From positions 62,001-126,000 of the forward strand of contig NIVC01002001.1 in NCBI GenBank assembly GCA_002269645.1: 64,000 nt of DNA. Direction: 5' to 3'. Positions 24,901 through 36,590 of the stretch are shown in pieces. Both the position numbers and the translations under genes were made by a program. A model generated the notes under the pieces. The model worked only from the letters and a program-made list of their open reading frames with translations. It had not been told where the DNA came from and ran no database searches. Origin of the DNA: Macrostomum lignano (taxonomy: Eukaryota). The number at the start of each line of letters is the position of its first letter. Position 1 is the first letter of the stretch.

Positions 24901-27311
24901 CTCTCCCTTGTCTCCCCCACTCTCCCTTGTCTGCCCCACCCTCCCTTGTCTCCCCCACTCTCCCTTGTCTCCCCCACTCTCCCTTGTCTGCCCCACCCTC
25001 CCTTGTCTCCCCCACTCTCCCTTGTCTCCCCCACTCTCCCTTGTCTCCCCCACTCTCCCTTGTCTCCCCCACTCTCCCTTGTCTGCCCCACCCTCCCTTG
25101 TCTCCCCCACTCTCCCTTGTCTCCCCCACTCTCCCTTGTCTGCCCCACCCTCCCTTGTCTCCTCCACTCTCCCTTGTCAACCCCACTCTCCCTTGTCTCC
25201 CCCACTCTCCCTTGTCTACCCCACTCTCCCTTGTCTCCCCCACTCTCCCTTGTCTACCCCACCCTCCCTTGTCTCCCCCACTCTCCCTTGTCTCCCCCAC
25301 TCTCCCTTGTCTGCCCCACCCTCCCTTGTCTCCCCCACTCTCCCTTGTCTCCCCCACTCTCCCTTGTCTGCCCCACCCTCCCTTGTCTCCCCCACTCTCC
25401 CTTGTCTCCCCCACTCTCCCTTGTCTGCCCCACCCTCCCTTGTCTCCCCCACTCTCCCTTGTCTCCCCCACTCTCCCTTGTCTGCCCCACCCTCCCTTGT
25501 CTCCCCCACTCTCCCTTGTCTGCCCCATCCTCCCTTGTCTCCCCCACTCTCCCTTGTCTCCCCCACTCTCCCTTGTCTCCCCCCACTCTCCCTTGTCTGC
25601 CCCACCCTCCCATGTCTACTCCACTCTCTCCTTGTCTACCCCACTCTTTCTTGTCTTCCCCACTCTCTCCTTGTCTCCCCACCCTCCCTTGTCTACCCCA
25701 CCCTCCCATGTCTACTCCACTCTCCTTTGTCTCCCCCACTCTGTTTCTCATCTCACTATACTATTCCTCTAGTCCCTGTCCCTCAATCGCCCCCCCCCCA
25801 GTCACTAATCGCGCACCTCCAGCACTCCGATGAGTTGCAGGCGGTTGCCAGGCGCGATGCCATTCCTGCCCCTGTAGCTGCAGAGCCACCAGCCATCCAG
25901 GCCCACAGGCCGCTGGTCCAGCACTGTTAAAATGGCGCCCTTCTTGAAGTCCAGCTCGCTGTCATAGCTTGATCTGTTGTCGTACATGGCTCTGGCCAGG
26001 GTGGCCTGTTGTGATTTGGGAGGGCCTCGCCTTTGTTTGATCTGTCTTTGTGGATACGATATGTAATATAATGGAGAGAGCGGGGAGAGAAGGAGAGAGC
26101 GGAGAGAGAAGGAGAGAGTGGAGGAGAGAAGGAGAGAGCGGAGAGAGAAGGAGAGAGCAGAGAGAGAAGGAGAGAGCGGAGGAGAGAAGGAGAGAGCGGA
26201 GGAGAGAAGGAGAGAGCGGAAGAGAGAAGGAGAGAGTGGAGGAGAGAAGGAGAGAGCGGAGAGAGAAGGAGAGAGCGGAGAGAGAAGGAGAGAGCGGAGG
26301 AGAGAAGGAGAGAGCGGAGGAGAGAAGGAGAGAGCGGAGGAGAGAAGGAGAGAGCGGAGAGAGAAGGAGAGAGCGGAGGAGAGAAGGAGAGAGCGGAGGA
26401 GAGAAGGAGAGAGCGGAGGAGAGAAGGAGAGAGCGGAGGAGAGAAGGAGAGAGCGGAGGAGAGAAGGAGAGAGCGGAGGAGAGAAGGAGAGAGCGGAGGA
26501 GAGAAGGAGAGAGCGGAGGAGAGAAGGAGAGAGCGGAGAAGAGGAGAGATCGGAGGAGAGGAGAGATCGGAGGAGAGAAGGAGAGAGCGGAGGAGAGAAG
26601 GAGAGAGCGGAGGAGAGAAGGAGAGAGCGGAGGAGAGAAGGAGAGAGCGGAGAAGAGGAGAGATCGGAGTAGAGGAGAGATCGGAGGAGAGAAGGAGAGA
26701 GCGGAGGAGAGAAGAAGAGAGAGGAGGAGAGAAGGAGAGAGCGGAGGAGAGAAGAAGAGAGAGGAGGAGAGAAGGAGAGAGAGGAGGAGAGAAGGAGAGA
26801 GCGGAGGAGAGAAGAAGAGAGGAGGAGAGAAGGAGAGAGCGGAGGAGAGAAGGAGAGAGCGGAGGAGAGAAGAAGAGAGTGGAGGAGAGAAGGAGAAAGT
26901 GGAGGAGAGATGGAGAGAGCGGAGGAGAGAAGGAGAGAGCGGAGGAGAGAAGGAGAGATTGGAGGGGAGAAGAAGAGAGTGGAGGAGAGAAGGAGAAAGT
27001 GGAGGAGAGATGGAGAGAGCGGAGGAGAGATGGAGAGAGAGGAGGAGAGAAGGAGAGAGAGGAGGAGAGAAGGAGAGAGCGGAGGAGAGAATGAGAGAGC
27101 GAAGGAGAGAAGAAGAGAGAGGAGGAGAGAAGGAGAGAGCGGAGGAGAGAAGAAGAGAGAGGAGGAGAGAAGGAGAGAGCGGAGGAGAGAATGAGAGAGC
27201 GGAGGAGAGAAGGAGAGAGCGGAGAGAGAGCAGAGTGCAGCAGTAGAGTCAGGGAGCCAACAGTTGAGACGAGCTGCTGATAGAATCCGGTCTTACCTGA
27301 GCTTTAAACAT
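21982..27311 (-). CDS. BCAR1: Cas-family (p130Cas/BCAR1/NEDD9-like) adaptor protein, 4 exons, about 719 aa
   Basis: Exons 27311-27297 (MFKAQ), 26005-25817, 24791-23614 and 22759-21982, all phase-consistent. The exon 3 acceptor could alternatively be 24818 or 24848. The SH3 sequence ARAMYDN..ELDFKKGAILTVLDQ..GLDGWWLCS..GRNGIAPGNRL is Cas-typical. YDxP/YxxV motifs, a helical-bundle region (KHLRAMEQ..LDRISWS) and a C-terminal FAT-like region (DREALTFFAEK) follow. Confidence 0.88.
22825..23525. repeat. 22/23-bp minisatellite (CATCCTTGACTAGAACAAGGTCA) in Cas intron 3
   Basis: About 30 tandem units. Confidence 0.95.
24862..25745. repeat. 19/20-bp pyrimidine-rich minisatellite (CTCCCTTGTCTCCCCCACT) in Cas intron 2
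   Basis: Tandem units. Same family as 28340-29670. Confidence 0.95.
26072..27232. repeat. 20-bp purine-rich minisatellite (GGAGAGAAGGAGAGAGCGGA) in Cas intron 1
   Basis: Tandem units. Source of the ERRRE ORFs. Confidence 0.95.
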
Positions 27312-27772
27312 GGAACCGCCTCCATCGCTAATGTGTGATTCTGGTCTGGTAGCTCTCATTAGAAAAGCGAATCAATAAAGCAACTCATTTAAACAGTCAA
27401 AACAACAAATTATTTTTCTGGTTCTCATTTTACGGGAATTATTTTCTTACAATTTCAGATGTGTCTATTGTATAATACAGCTTAACCCAGATTTGCCCTG
27501 TCCGCTCTCAAGTGCAGAGAAGAAGAATTACAGATATTTGAATGAAATCTACGCAGAATGTTGCAAAAAAAGAGAAGAGCTGTGTTAAAAAAAACGCAGC
27601 AAAAACTGCTTTTTTGAGGCCCAGAAAGTGTTTCAGCCTGTGCGCAGCTTGTTGATAACAGACTCGCTATCTTAGCTCAGCCAAGTTGATTTTGTGTCGT
27701 TCAGCACTTTATTTCAACTTTAGTCACCAGTAGTTTTGCAGTTCAAATCGTACTCGGATTTAGGGATATTAA

Positions 27773-28050
27773 AATTGGGATTTAGGGACATCATGATGGG
27801 ATTAAGGGACATTAAAATGGGATTTAGGGACATTAAAATGTGATTCAGCGACATTAAAATGGGATTTAGGGACATTAAAATGGGATTTAAGGACATTAAA
27901 ATGGGATTTAGGGACATTAAAATGGGATTTAGGGACATTAAAATGGGATTTAGGGACATTAAAATGGGATTTAGGGACATTAAAATGTGATTAAGGGACA
28001 TAAAAAGGGATTTAGGGACATTAAAATGGGAAATAGGGACTCTGATATGG
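27773..28050. repeat. 21-bp minisatellite (ATGGGATTTAGGGACATTAAA)
   Basis: About 12 copies with degenerate edges. Confidence 0.92.
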
Positions 28051-28339
28051 GATTTGGGATAATCAAAATGGGGCTTAGAGACAACAAAATCGGATTCAGG
28101 GACTCTGATATTTTTTTATTTCGGGACTTCTATTAAGTATTGATTATGACTCATGCAAATGGAATCTGAAGTCTGTTAAATAGATATCAGCTTGCGCGTT
28201 ATGGGAAAGTACATACTGACACTTATTTTAACATTTACTGACACTTATTTCGAAATTTACTGACACTTCCGGCGCTTTCGGCTACACATTTTTTTCTGCA
28301 AAGTCTGTTGCTTTTGTGAAGCAAAACGTCTACCCCCAC

Positions 28340-29670
28340 TATCTCATTGTCTCCGCCGCTCTTCCCTTGTCTCCCCCACTCTTCCCTTGTCTCCCCAACT
28401 CCTCCCTTGTCTCCCCAACTCCTCCCTTGTCTCCCCAACTCTTCCCTTGTCTCCCCAACTCCTCCCTTGTCTCCCCCACTCTCTTCCCTTGTCTCCCCAA
28501 CTCCTCCCTTGTCTCCCCCCACTCTCTTCCCTTGTCTCCCCAACTCCTCCCTTGTCTCCCCCACTCTCTTCCCTTGTCTCCCCAACTCCTCCCTTGTCTC
28601 CCCAACTCCTCCCTTGTCTCCCCAACTCCTCCCTTGTCTCCCCCACTCTCTTCCCTTGTCTCCCCAACTCCTCCCTTGTCTCCCCCACTCTCTTCCCTTG
28701 TCTCCCCAACTCCTCCCTTGTCTCCCCCACTCTCTTCCCTTGTCTCCCCAACTCCTCCCTTGTCTCCCCAACTCCTCCCTTGTCTCCCCAACTCCTCCCT
28801 TGTCTCCCCAACTCTCTTCCCTTGTCTCCCCAACTCCTCCCTTGTCTCCCCCACTCTTCCCTTGTCTCCCCACTCTTCCCTTGTCTCCCCACTCTCTTCC
28901 CTTGTCTCCCCACTCTTCACTTGTCTCCCCAACTCTCTTCCCTTGTCTCCCCAACTCTCTTCCCTTGTCTCCCCAACTCCTCCCTTGTCTCCCCCACTCT
29001 TCCCTTGTCTCCCCCACTCTTCCGTTGTCTCCCCCACTCTTCCCTTGTCTCCCCACTCTCTTCCCTTGTCTCCCCAACTCCTCCCTTGTCTCCCCCACTC
29101 TCTTCCCTTGTCTCCCCCACTCTCCCTTGTCTCCCCACTCTCCCTTGTCTCCCCCACTCTCCCTTGTCTCCCCCACTCTCCCTTGTCTCCCCCACTCTCC
29201 CTTGTCTCCCCCACTCTCCCTTGTCTCCCCACTCTCCCTTGTCTCCCCCACTCTCCCTTGTCTCCCCACTCTCTTCCCTTGTCTCCCCACTCTTCACTTG
29301 TCTCCCCAACTCTCTTCCCTTGTCTCCCCAACTCTCTTCCCTTGTCTCCCCAACTCCTCCCTTGTCTCCCCCACTCTCCCTTGTCTCCCCCACTCTTCCG
29401 TTGTCTCCCCCACTCTTCCCTTGTCTCCCCCACTCTCTTCCCTTGTCTCCCCAACTCCTCCCTTGTCTCCCCCACTCTCTTCCCTTGTCTCCCCACTCTC
29501 CCTTGTCTCCCCCACTCTCCCTTGTCTCCCCCACTCTCCCTTGTCTCCCCCACTCTCCCTTGTCTCCCCCACTCTCCCTTGTCTCCCCCACTCTCCCTTG
29601 TCTCCCCCACTCTCCCTTGTCTCCCCCACTCTCCCTTGTCTACCCCACTCTTTTCTTGTCTCCCCCACTT
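28340..29670. repeat. Pyrimidine-rich minisatellite (CCCTTGTCTCCCC(C)ACTCT/AACTCCT variants)
   Basis: Tandem 19-23-bp units, flanked by a diverged direct repeat. Confidence 0.95.
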
Positions 29671-30249
29671 TTTCCCTGCAAATTCTGTTGCTTCTGTGAA
29701 GCGAAACGTTGATTTAAACACGAGAAAACCTTTTTCTACATTCTTTAGTCAGCTCAGCCATTAAGCAAGAGATTTTACAGCCTAAAAACTACGTTGTAAA
29801 TCTTATTCGTGGCAGCAGAACTGATCACCTAAAAGCAGCAAAATCTGAAGCCAGATGCGTTTTGTTTAATTTTTTGCCAAACAGCAGCAGAAGTCAAAAC
29901 CCAAACCCAAAACGCAGAAAGGATTAAGCTTGTATTGAATGACTCACAAGGGCTTAGAAAAATATGCAAAATAAATATGAAGAAAGTTTAGCCTGATGGA
30001 TGAATCAGCCATGGGTGCGAATCCAGCAACTCGAACACCGTACACCCCAGCCAGCACCACTCACCCACAAGCCCCCCTTGTCCTTGGTCTGCTTGGGTTG
30101 GGGCTGATGGGATAGAGGGGGTTAGAAATACCGTATGACAGGGCGGGGGTCCATCTCCATGGACTGTTAAACTTTATATAGAATCTTGGATTAGAAGATC
30201 CAGTGGTCTGTCAGTGATCTGTCAATTCAAGGATTAGTTGAAGGTCACT

Positions 30250-30490
30250 ACTAGTCAGAGAGGCTACTGTGGTGTCAGAGAGGCTACTGTGGTGTCAGAG
30301 AGGCTACTGTGGTGTCAGAGAGGCTACTGTGGTGTCAGAGAGGCTACTGAGGTGTCAGAGAGGCTACTGAGGTGTCAGAGAGGCTACTGTAGTGTCAGAG
30401 AGGCTACTGTAGTGTCAGAGAGGCTACTGTAGTGTCAGAGAGGCTACTGAGGTGTCAGAGAGGCTACTGAGGTGTCAGAGAGGCTACTGT
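30250..30490. repeat. 20-bp minisatellite (GTCAGAGAGGCTACTGTGGT)
   Basis: About 12 copies. Confidence 0.92.
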
Positions 30491-31045
30491 AGACTGTAGA
30501 GTCAGAGAGGGTATTTTAGGGTCAGAGAGAGTACTGCATATGAAAGTCACTGTAGTCAGAGAGGGTACTGCATATGAAAGTCACTGTGGTCAGAGAGGGT
30601 ATTGCATATATGAAGGTCATAAAATATTAATATATTGTATTGTATAATTGATTGTACATTGCTTTCCTCCCGCAGTCCAGTTGCCTCACTTAATACGCTC
30701 GTAGTCCATGAAAGCGAGAGGGGAACGAAACGGAATTGCCGGATCTGCGGTTGGCTGCGCAGACGCGGAATGCCATGGGAGGGAGGCCACCCAAACCCCG
30801 CACTGGGCTTCCCTCAGTCAGTTCAGCCAGCAGTCCCCGGTTCAAAGCTGATTCACATCACAGGATGAATCATTCTGAACGCAAGAAGTCCTTGAAAGCC
30901 CAGCTAGCTGTACGGACAGCCACAGAGGGAAGCACTAGAAAGGGGATAAATAGGAGACAAAGGGGATAAATCTACATAATTCCTGAATCTAGACATTCTT
31001 GGCTCTGCTGTGCTCTCGACTCTTTGTTCCAGACAGGATCCAGCA

Positions 31046-32327
31046 ATGGCCGATCCCAATGCTGTTTTAGCGGATATCGGAGTTTTTAAACGCGAACAGA
31101 TGAACCACGTTGAGGTGAGTTCTTGGCTCTTTATGAATTATAAAATATCCGCCATAGACAAATGGCAACTCCTTTGCCAAAAATGGCATACAAATGGCAA
31201 ATGTACCGGGTTCTCCTTACTCAAGACATTCACTTTTTCCCTATAGAATTAAGAATGACCTTCCTATCACCCTCAAAATGGCACTCCTATTATCCACAAA
31301 ATGGCACTCGTATCATCCTATTATACACAAAATGGCACTCGTATCATCCTATTATACACAAAATGGCACTCGTATCATCCTATTATACACAAAATGGCAC
31401 TCGTATCATCCTATTATACACAAAATGGCACTCCTATTATCCACAAAATGGCACTCGTATCATCCTATTATACACAAAATGGCACTCGTATCATCCTATT
31501 ATACACAAAATGGCACTCCTATTATCCACAAAATGGCACTCGTATCATCCTATTATACACAAAATGGCACTCCTAATATCCACAAAATGGCACTCGTATC
31601 ATCCTATTATACACAAAATGGCACTCCTATTATCCACAAAATGGCACTCGTATCATCCTATTATACACAAAATGGCACTCGTATCATCCTATTATCCATA
31701 AAATGGCACTCCTATTATCCACAAAATGGCACTCGTATCATCCTATTATCCACAAAATGGCACTCCTATTATCCACAAAATGGCACTCCTATTATCCACA
31801 AAATGGCACTCGTATTATACAAAATGGCACTCGTATCATCCTATTATACACAAAATGGCACTCGTATCATCCTATTATCCATAAAATGGCACTCCTATTA
31901 TCCACAAAATGGCACTCGTATCATCCTATTATCCACAAAATGGCACTCCTATTATCCACAAAATGGCACTCCTATTATCCACAAAATGGCACTCGTATTA
32001 TACAAAATGGCACTCCTATTATACAAAATGGCACTCCTATTATACAAAATGGCACTCCTATTATACAAAATGGCACTCCTATTATACAAAATGGCACTCC
32101 TAATATGCCTCGCATTTCTGCCATGCCAGGTGGCCGAGAAAGTGGTTCTGCCCGACCGCGAGCAGGTCGAGTCGGAGAAGCGCGAGGCCAGCCTCCGTCA
32201 GGAGATCGAGAGCAGCTCTGATCGGCAGCTCAAACACGTGGAGGTGCAGGAGCGCTGCCGCCTCCCGGATGCTGAGCAGATCGCTCAGGAGAAAGCTGAG
32301 GCCGCCGCCGCAGCCGCCACCAACTGA
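31046..32327 (+). CDS. Beta-thymosin-repeat (two WH2/thymosin motifs) actin-binding protein, 2 exons, 88 aa
   Basis: Exons 31046-31114 (GAG|gtgagt) and 32130-32327 (ccag|GTG), phase 0. Spliced product: MADPNAVLADIGVFKREQMNHVEVAEKVVLPDREQVESEKREASLRQEIESSSDRQLKHVEVQERCRLPDAEQIAQEKAE.... It contains two copies of the thymosin pattern (I/F)..(L/M)(K/N)HVE..E(K/R)..LP..EQ(V/I)..EK. Confidence 0.85.
31275..32102. repeat. 31-bp and 23-bp minisatellite (AAAATGGCACTCGTATCATCCTATTATACAC) filling the thymosin intron
   Basis: Periods of 23 (31275 to 31298) and 31 (31298 to 31329). Confidence 0.95.
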
Positions 32328-32824
32328 ACTTCGAAGTTCAAATCGAAATCGACTGAACCCGCTGATGGTCTCAAGGGCCTTACTGACAAACTTATACGAG
32401 TACGAGTGCAAATCACTTTTAAAGTTGCTCTAATCTTCCTAACCCACAACCCATTTTTATTAATTTCTAATCAATATGGTTTAATTTCATAAATGTTTTG
32501 CTTTGAAAACTTAATTCTTAATTACGCTTCTAGCTTCTACTATTAGTAGTTTGTCTGCTAGTATTGTTCGAATTTTTATTTGTTTTTATCAACCAATTGT
32601 TAATAATAATCGTGAATAAAGTAATGTGAGCATTGGTCCTTTTTAAATACAGCTTCTCCTAATAGTTTTGAACAATTTCTCGACGTGCGTTACTGTTAGT
32701 AGCGAGTGACGAATTCGAACTGATGACTTGCTTATTTTCAGAATTTAAATTTACTTCATTTTTCAGCGTTCGAGTTTCTCTTGCACGTGTCTCTCCGCAC
32801 TTTACTCTATCTAATCTCTGTCTT

Positions 32825-33430
32825 CGCTATCTAATCTCCCTCTCCTCTATCATATCTCTCCTATATCTAATCTCTCTCCTCTATCTAATCTCACTCCTCT
32901 ATCTAATCTCTCTCCTCTATCTAATCTCTCTCTATCTAATCTCTCTCCTCTATCTAATCTCTCTCTATCTAATCTCTCTCCTCTATCTAATCTCTCTCCT
33001 CTATCTAATCTCTCTCCTCTATCTAATCTCTCTCCTCTATCTAATCTCTCTCCTCTATCTAATCTCTCTCCTCTATCTAATCTCTCTCCTCTATCTAATC
33101 TCTCTCCTCTATCTAATCTCTCTCCTCTATCTAATCTCTCTCCTCTATCTAATCTCTCTCCTCTATCTAATCTCTCTCCTCTATCTAATCTCTCTCCTCT
33201 ATCTAATCTCTCTCCTCTATCTAATCTCTCTCCTCTATCTAATCTCTCTCCTCTATCTAATCTCTCTCCTCTATCTAATCTCTCTCATCTATCTAATCTC
33301 TCTCATCTATCTAATCTCTCTCTTCTATCTAATCTCTATTCTCAATCAAATATCTCTCCTCTATCTAATCTCTACACTCGATCTAATCTCTCTCCTCAAT
33401 CTAATGTCTCATCTAACCTCTCCTCTATCT
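32825..33430. repeat. 18-bp minisatellite (CTCTATCTAATCTCTCTC)
   Basis: Tandem units. Source of the LYLISL ORF. Confidence 0.95.
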
Positions 33431-33785
33431 AATTTCTATGCGCCGTCTCAAATCTTCTGTCTTGTCTTCTCTCTACTACTTTTGACCAATATCCGCTTTA
33501 ACGTAAAATTGAGTTTAGTATAATCCATTTAATCGCTCTTGGTTCCTCAAATTTAGTTAGTTTTTGAGTACATAGAGTTTTGGTCATCCTTCTTCAAATA
33601 TTTATAAATTCCGGAGCTTTATTCGACCGTAGAAGTACTCGTACATCCAACAATTAAATTCCAACGAAGGAAACAGCTTTTTCTGACTCCCCTTCAGCTG
33701 TTCTCTCTGGTCGATTTTTCTCCTTCAATCGACTTTGTTGAGCTTTCAATTGATTTTACGACTGAATCAAATTTGCTCTGTTTTT

Positions 33786-34623
33786 TTAATTATGGATTAG
33801 AATGGACGGAGCTGCGGTTCTGTACATGTGCGAGAAGGGCGGAAGGAGGGCGGAAGAAAGGGCGGAAGGAGGGCGGAACGAGGGCGGAAGAAGGGCGGAA
33901 GAAGGGCGGAAGGAGGGCAGAAGGAAAAAGCGGATGAAGGGCGAAGGGAAGGCGGAAGGAGGGCGGAAGTAAGGCGGAAGGAGGGTGGGAGGAGGTTGGA
34001 AAGAGAGCGGAAGGAGGGCGGAAGGGAAGAGCGGAACGAGGGCATAAAGGAAGAGCGAAAGGAGCTGAAGGAGGGCAGAAGGGAAGAGCGGAAGGAGCTG
34101 AAGGAGGGCAGAAGGGAAGAGCGGAAGGAGAGCGGAAGGAGAGCGGAAGGAGGGTGGAAGGGAAGAGCGGAAGGAGAGCGGAAGGAGAGCGGAAGGAGAG
34201 CGGAAGGAGGGCGGAAGGGAAGAGCGGAAGGAGGGTGGAAGGGAAGAGCGGAAGGAGGGCGGAAAGGAAGAGCGGAAGGAGGGCGGAAAGGAAGAGCGGA
34301 AGGAGGGCGGAAAGGAAGAGCGGAAGGAGGGCGGAAAGGAAGAGCGGAAGGAGGGCGGAAGGGAAGAACGGAAGGAGGGCGGAAGGGAAGAGCGGAACGA
34401 GGGCAGAAGGAGTGCTGAAATCGGGCGGAGGAAGGGCGGACGGAAGGGCGGAAGGCCAGGCTCAGAAGCTGATCAGCACTCACCGGCAGTCGGATGGTAC
34501 CACCGAGTAATCTCCGGACCGGTGCAGCAGACGGTCAATTGGAAAATCGTAAGCGCTCACGGCCGCCGCAGCCGCCGCAGCCACGGCGGATGAGCCTTGC
34601 TGCTGCTGCTGCTGCTGCTGCAT
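33786..34623 (-). CDS. Possible small two-exon protein (MQ8GSSAVA7VSAYDFPIDRLLHRSGDYSVVPSDCR-TAAPSILIHN)
   Basis: Putative exon 34623-34484 ends at a canonical donor (CG|gtgagt). Acceptor gtacag| at 33819 is phase-compatible and stop TAA is at 33786-33788. The polyQ/polyA style resembles the other genes here. No family recognised. Confidence 0.3.
33835..34455. repeat. Purine-rich 12/24-bp minisatellite (GCGGAAGGAGGG / GCGGAAAGGAAGA)
   Basis: Tandem units. Confidence 0.9.
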
Positions 34624-35077
34624 GTGGCTTCAGCTGACTTTTAGAAGAAGCAAAAACCGACCTCGTTCATTTTCGGACAACAAGCGAGTAAAAATGTTTA
34701 TCAGAGTTTATAAATTGGTTATAACAAACCAACCATTGTCATTGTGGTTAAACTGAAGTTGGGAAGACAGCTATTGAAGAGTGGGGGAGATTAAAAAAAC
34801 TTTTCTGGCGGTTCAATCAAACAGCCGCCTCAACTATATAAGCTAACTAAAGAGAGGGAAAGAACTCTTGCTCTATATTGAACAGGCAGACACTGAGACC
34901 GGGAGGGCACGCCAGCCCGAGGATAGATGTACATGTGCAATAATACTGTGCTGCGCCGCCTGTGTGTGCAGGCTTGCAGGAATTCCGTCCGTCTCGCCTT
35001 CTCCTTCCCTCTCCCCATCCAATGCCTCTCTGACCCGCTGCAGTTCTAACTGGAACCAGAACCTCAATCCCCTCTGA

Positions 35078-35191
<114 letters not shown>

Positions 35192-35257
35192 AATGCAGCA
35201 TAGAAACGAACCACTAAAATAATAGCAACTGGATTGCAGTGACATCAACGAGAAAAG

Positions 35258-35801
35258 AAGCAAGGGATCGAGAAGCAGTGAGAGAAACAGGGAGAGAAGC
35301 TGGGAGAAAAGCAGAGAGAGAAGCAGGGAGAGAGAAGCAGGGAGAGAGAAGCAGGGAGAGAGAAGCAGGGAGAGAAGCAGGGAGAGAAGCAGAGAGGGAA
35401 GCAGGGAAAGAGAAGCAGGGAGAGAGAAGCAGGGAGAGAGAAGCAGGGAGAGAAGCAGGGAGAGAGGCAGAGAGAGAAGCAGGGAAAGAGAAGCAGGGAG
35501 AGAGAAGCAGGGAGAGAGGCAGAGAGAGAAGCAGGGAAAGAGAAGCAGGGAGAGAGAAGCAGGGAGAGAGAAGCAGGGAGAGAAGCAGGGAGAGAAGCAG
35601 AGAGAGAAGCAGGGAAAGAGAAGCAGGGAGAGAGAAGCAGGGAGAGAGAAGCAGGGAGGGAAGCAGGGAGAAAAGCAGAGAGAGAGAAGCAGGGAGAGAA
35701 GCAGGGAGAGAATAAGTGAGAGAAGCAGGGAGAGAATAAGTGAGAGAAGCAGGGAGAGAATAAGTGAGAGAAGCAGGGAGAGAATAAGTGAGAGAAGCAG
35801 G
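35258..35801. repeat. GAGAAGCAGG(GA)-type purine-rich minisatellite, array 1
   Basis: 12-14-bp units. Confidence 0.92.
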
Positions 35802-36590
35802 TAGAAAAAAACGCAGTGTCTCTTACTCAAATCTAAGGCAGTAGCAGGTAACAGGTCTAGAATGCCAGAAGTTTTTGGACCGATTTCAAGGTCGATGAAC
35901 TCATAGAGGTTTGTTCGACCCGAGGCACTACATGCATTGGAGTTCAAGAGAAAGGAGGCAAGATCGCTGGCTAGTTTACCAAGAAACAAAAATTTGTCAA
36001 AGCGATTCTCAAGACGCAGCATTGAGCATTCTTCAAGATCGCCTGTAGACAGACATGCTTCAAAGCAGACATTTAAACTCATCGTGTGCTATGACGCCCC
36101 TCCAATCCAGGTATCTAATTTTAGAAGTCCTTATAGCCTGTTAGCTCCATGGCCACTAGCATTGCACTAATAATCCCTACTACTGAGGGGTTGGATTTGG
36201 GGAAAGAGGAGTTGGAGAGGAGATTATCGGGGAAATGGGCGTAGCCTACCCGCCCAGAAAGGGGTGGATTGAATGTACATTGTGACTGTACACCGCTGGG
36301 ATCTAGACTTTGCAGTTTTCGGGGCAGGGAGAGGCCAATGTGTTGCTTCAATAGAATATGAAATTTTCACTCGAGACTGATTTTTGTCCAGAATATTTTA
36401 GCGTGTGAGTGTGCTCTGGTTTGGGATTATTAGCATTCTACGTGAGAGTGAGCCCACCTGAGCAGGAAATTTGAACTGGTGCGGTCGGATTTGTTTAAAT
36501 TTCATTACTTTTTATGGCTTCCAGAGTGAAGTAAGGTATTAACTATACTTCCTTGTAGTGCAAAGTGTGTTTCAGAGATTAGGTGATAGG

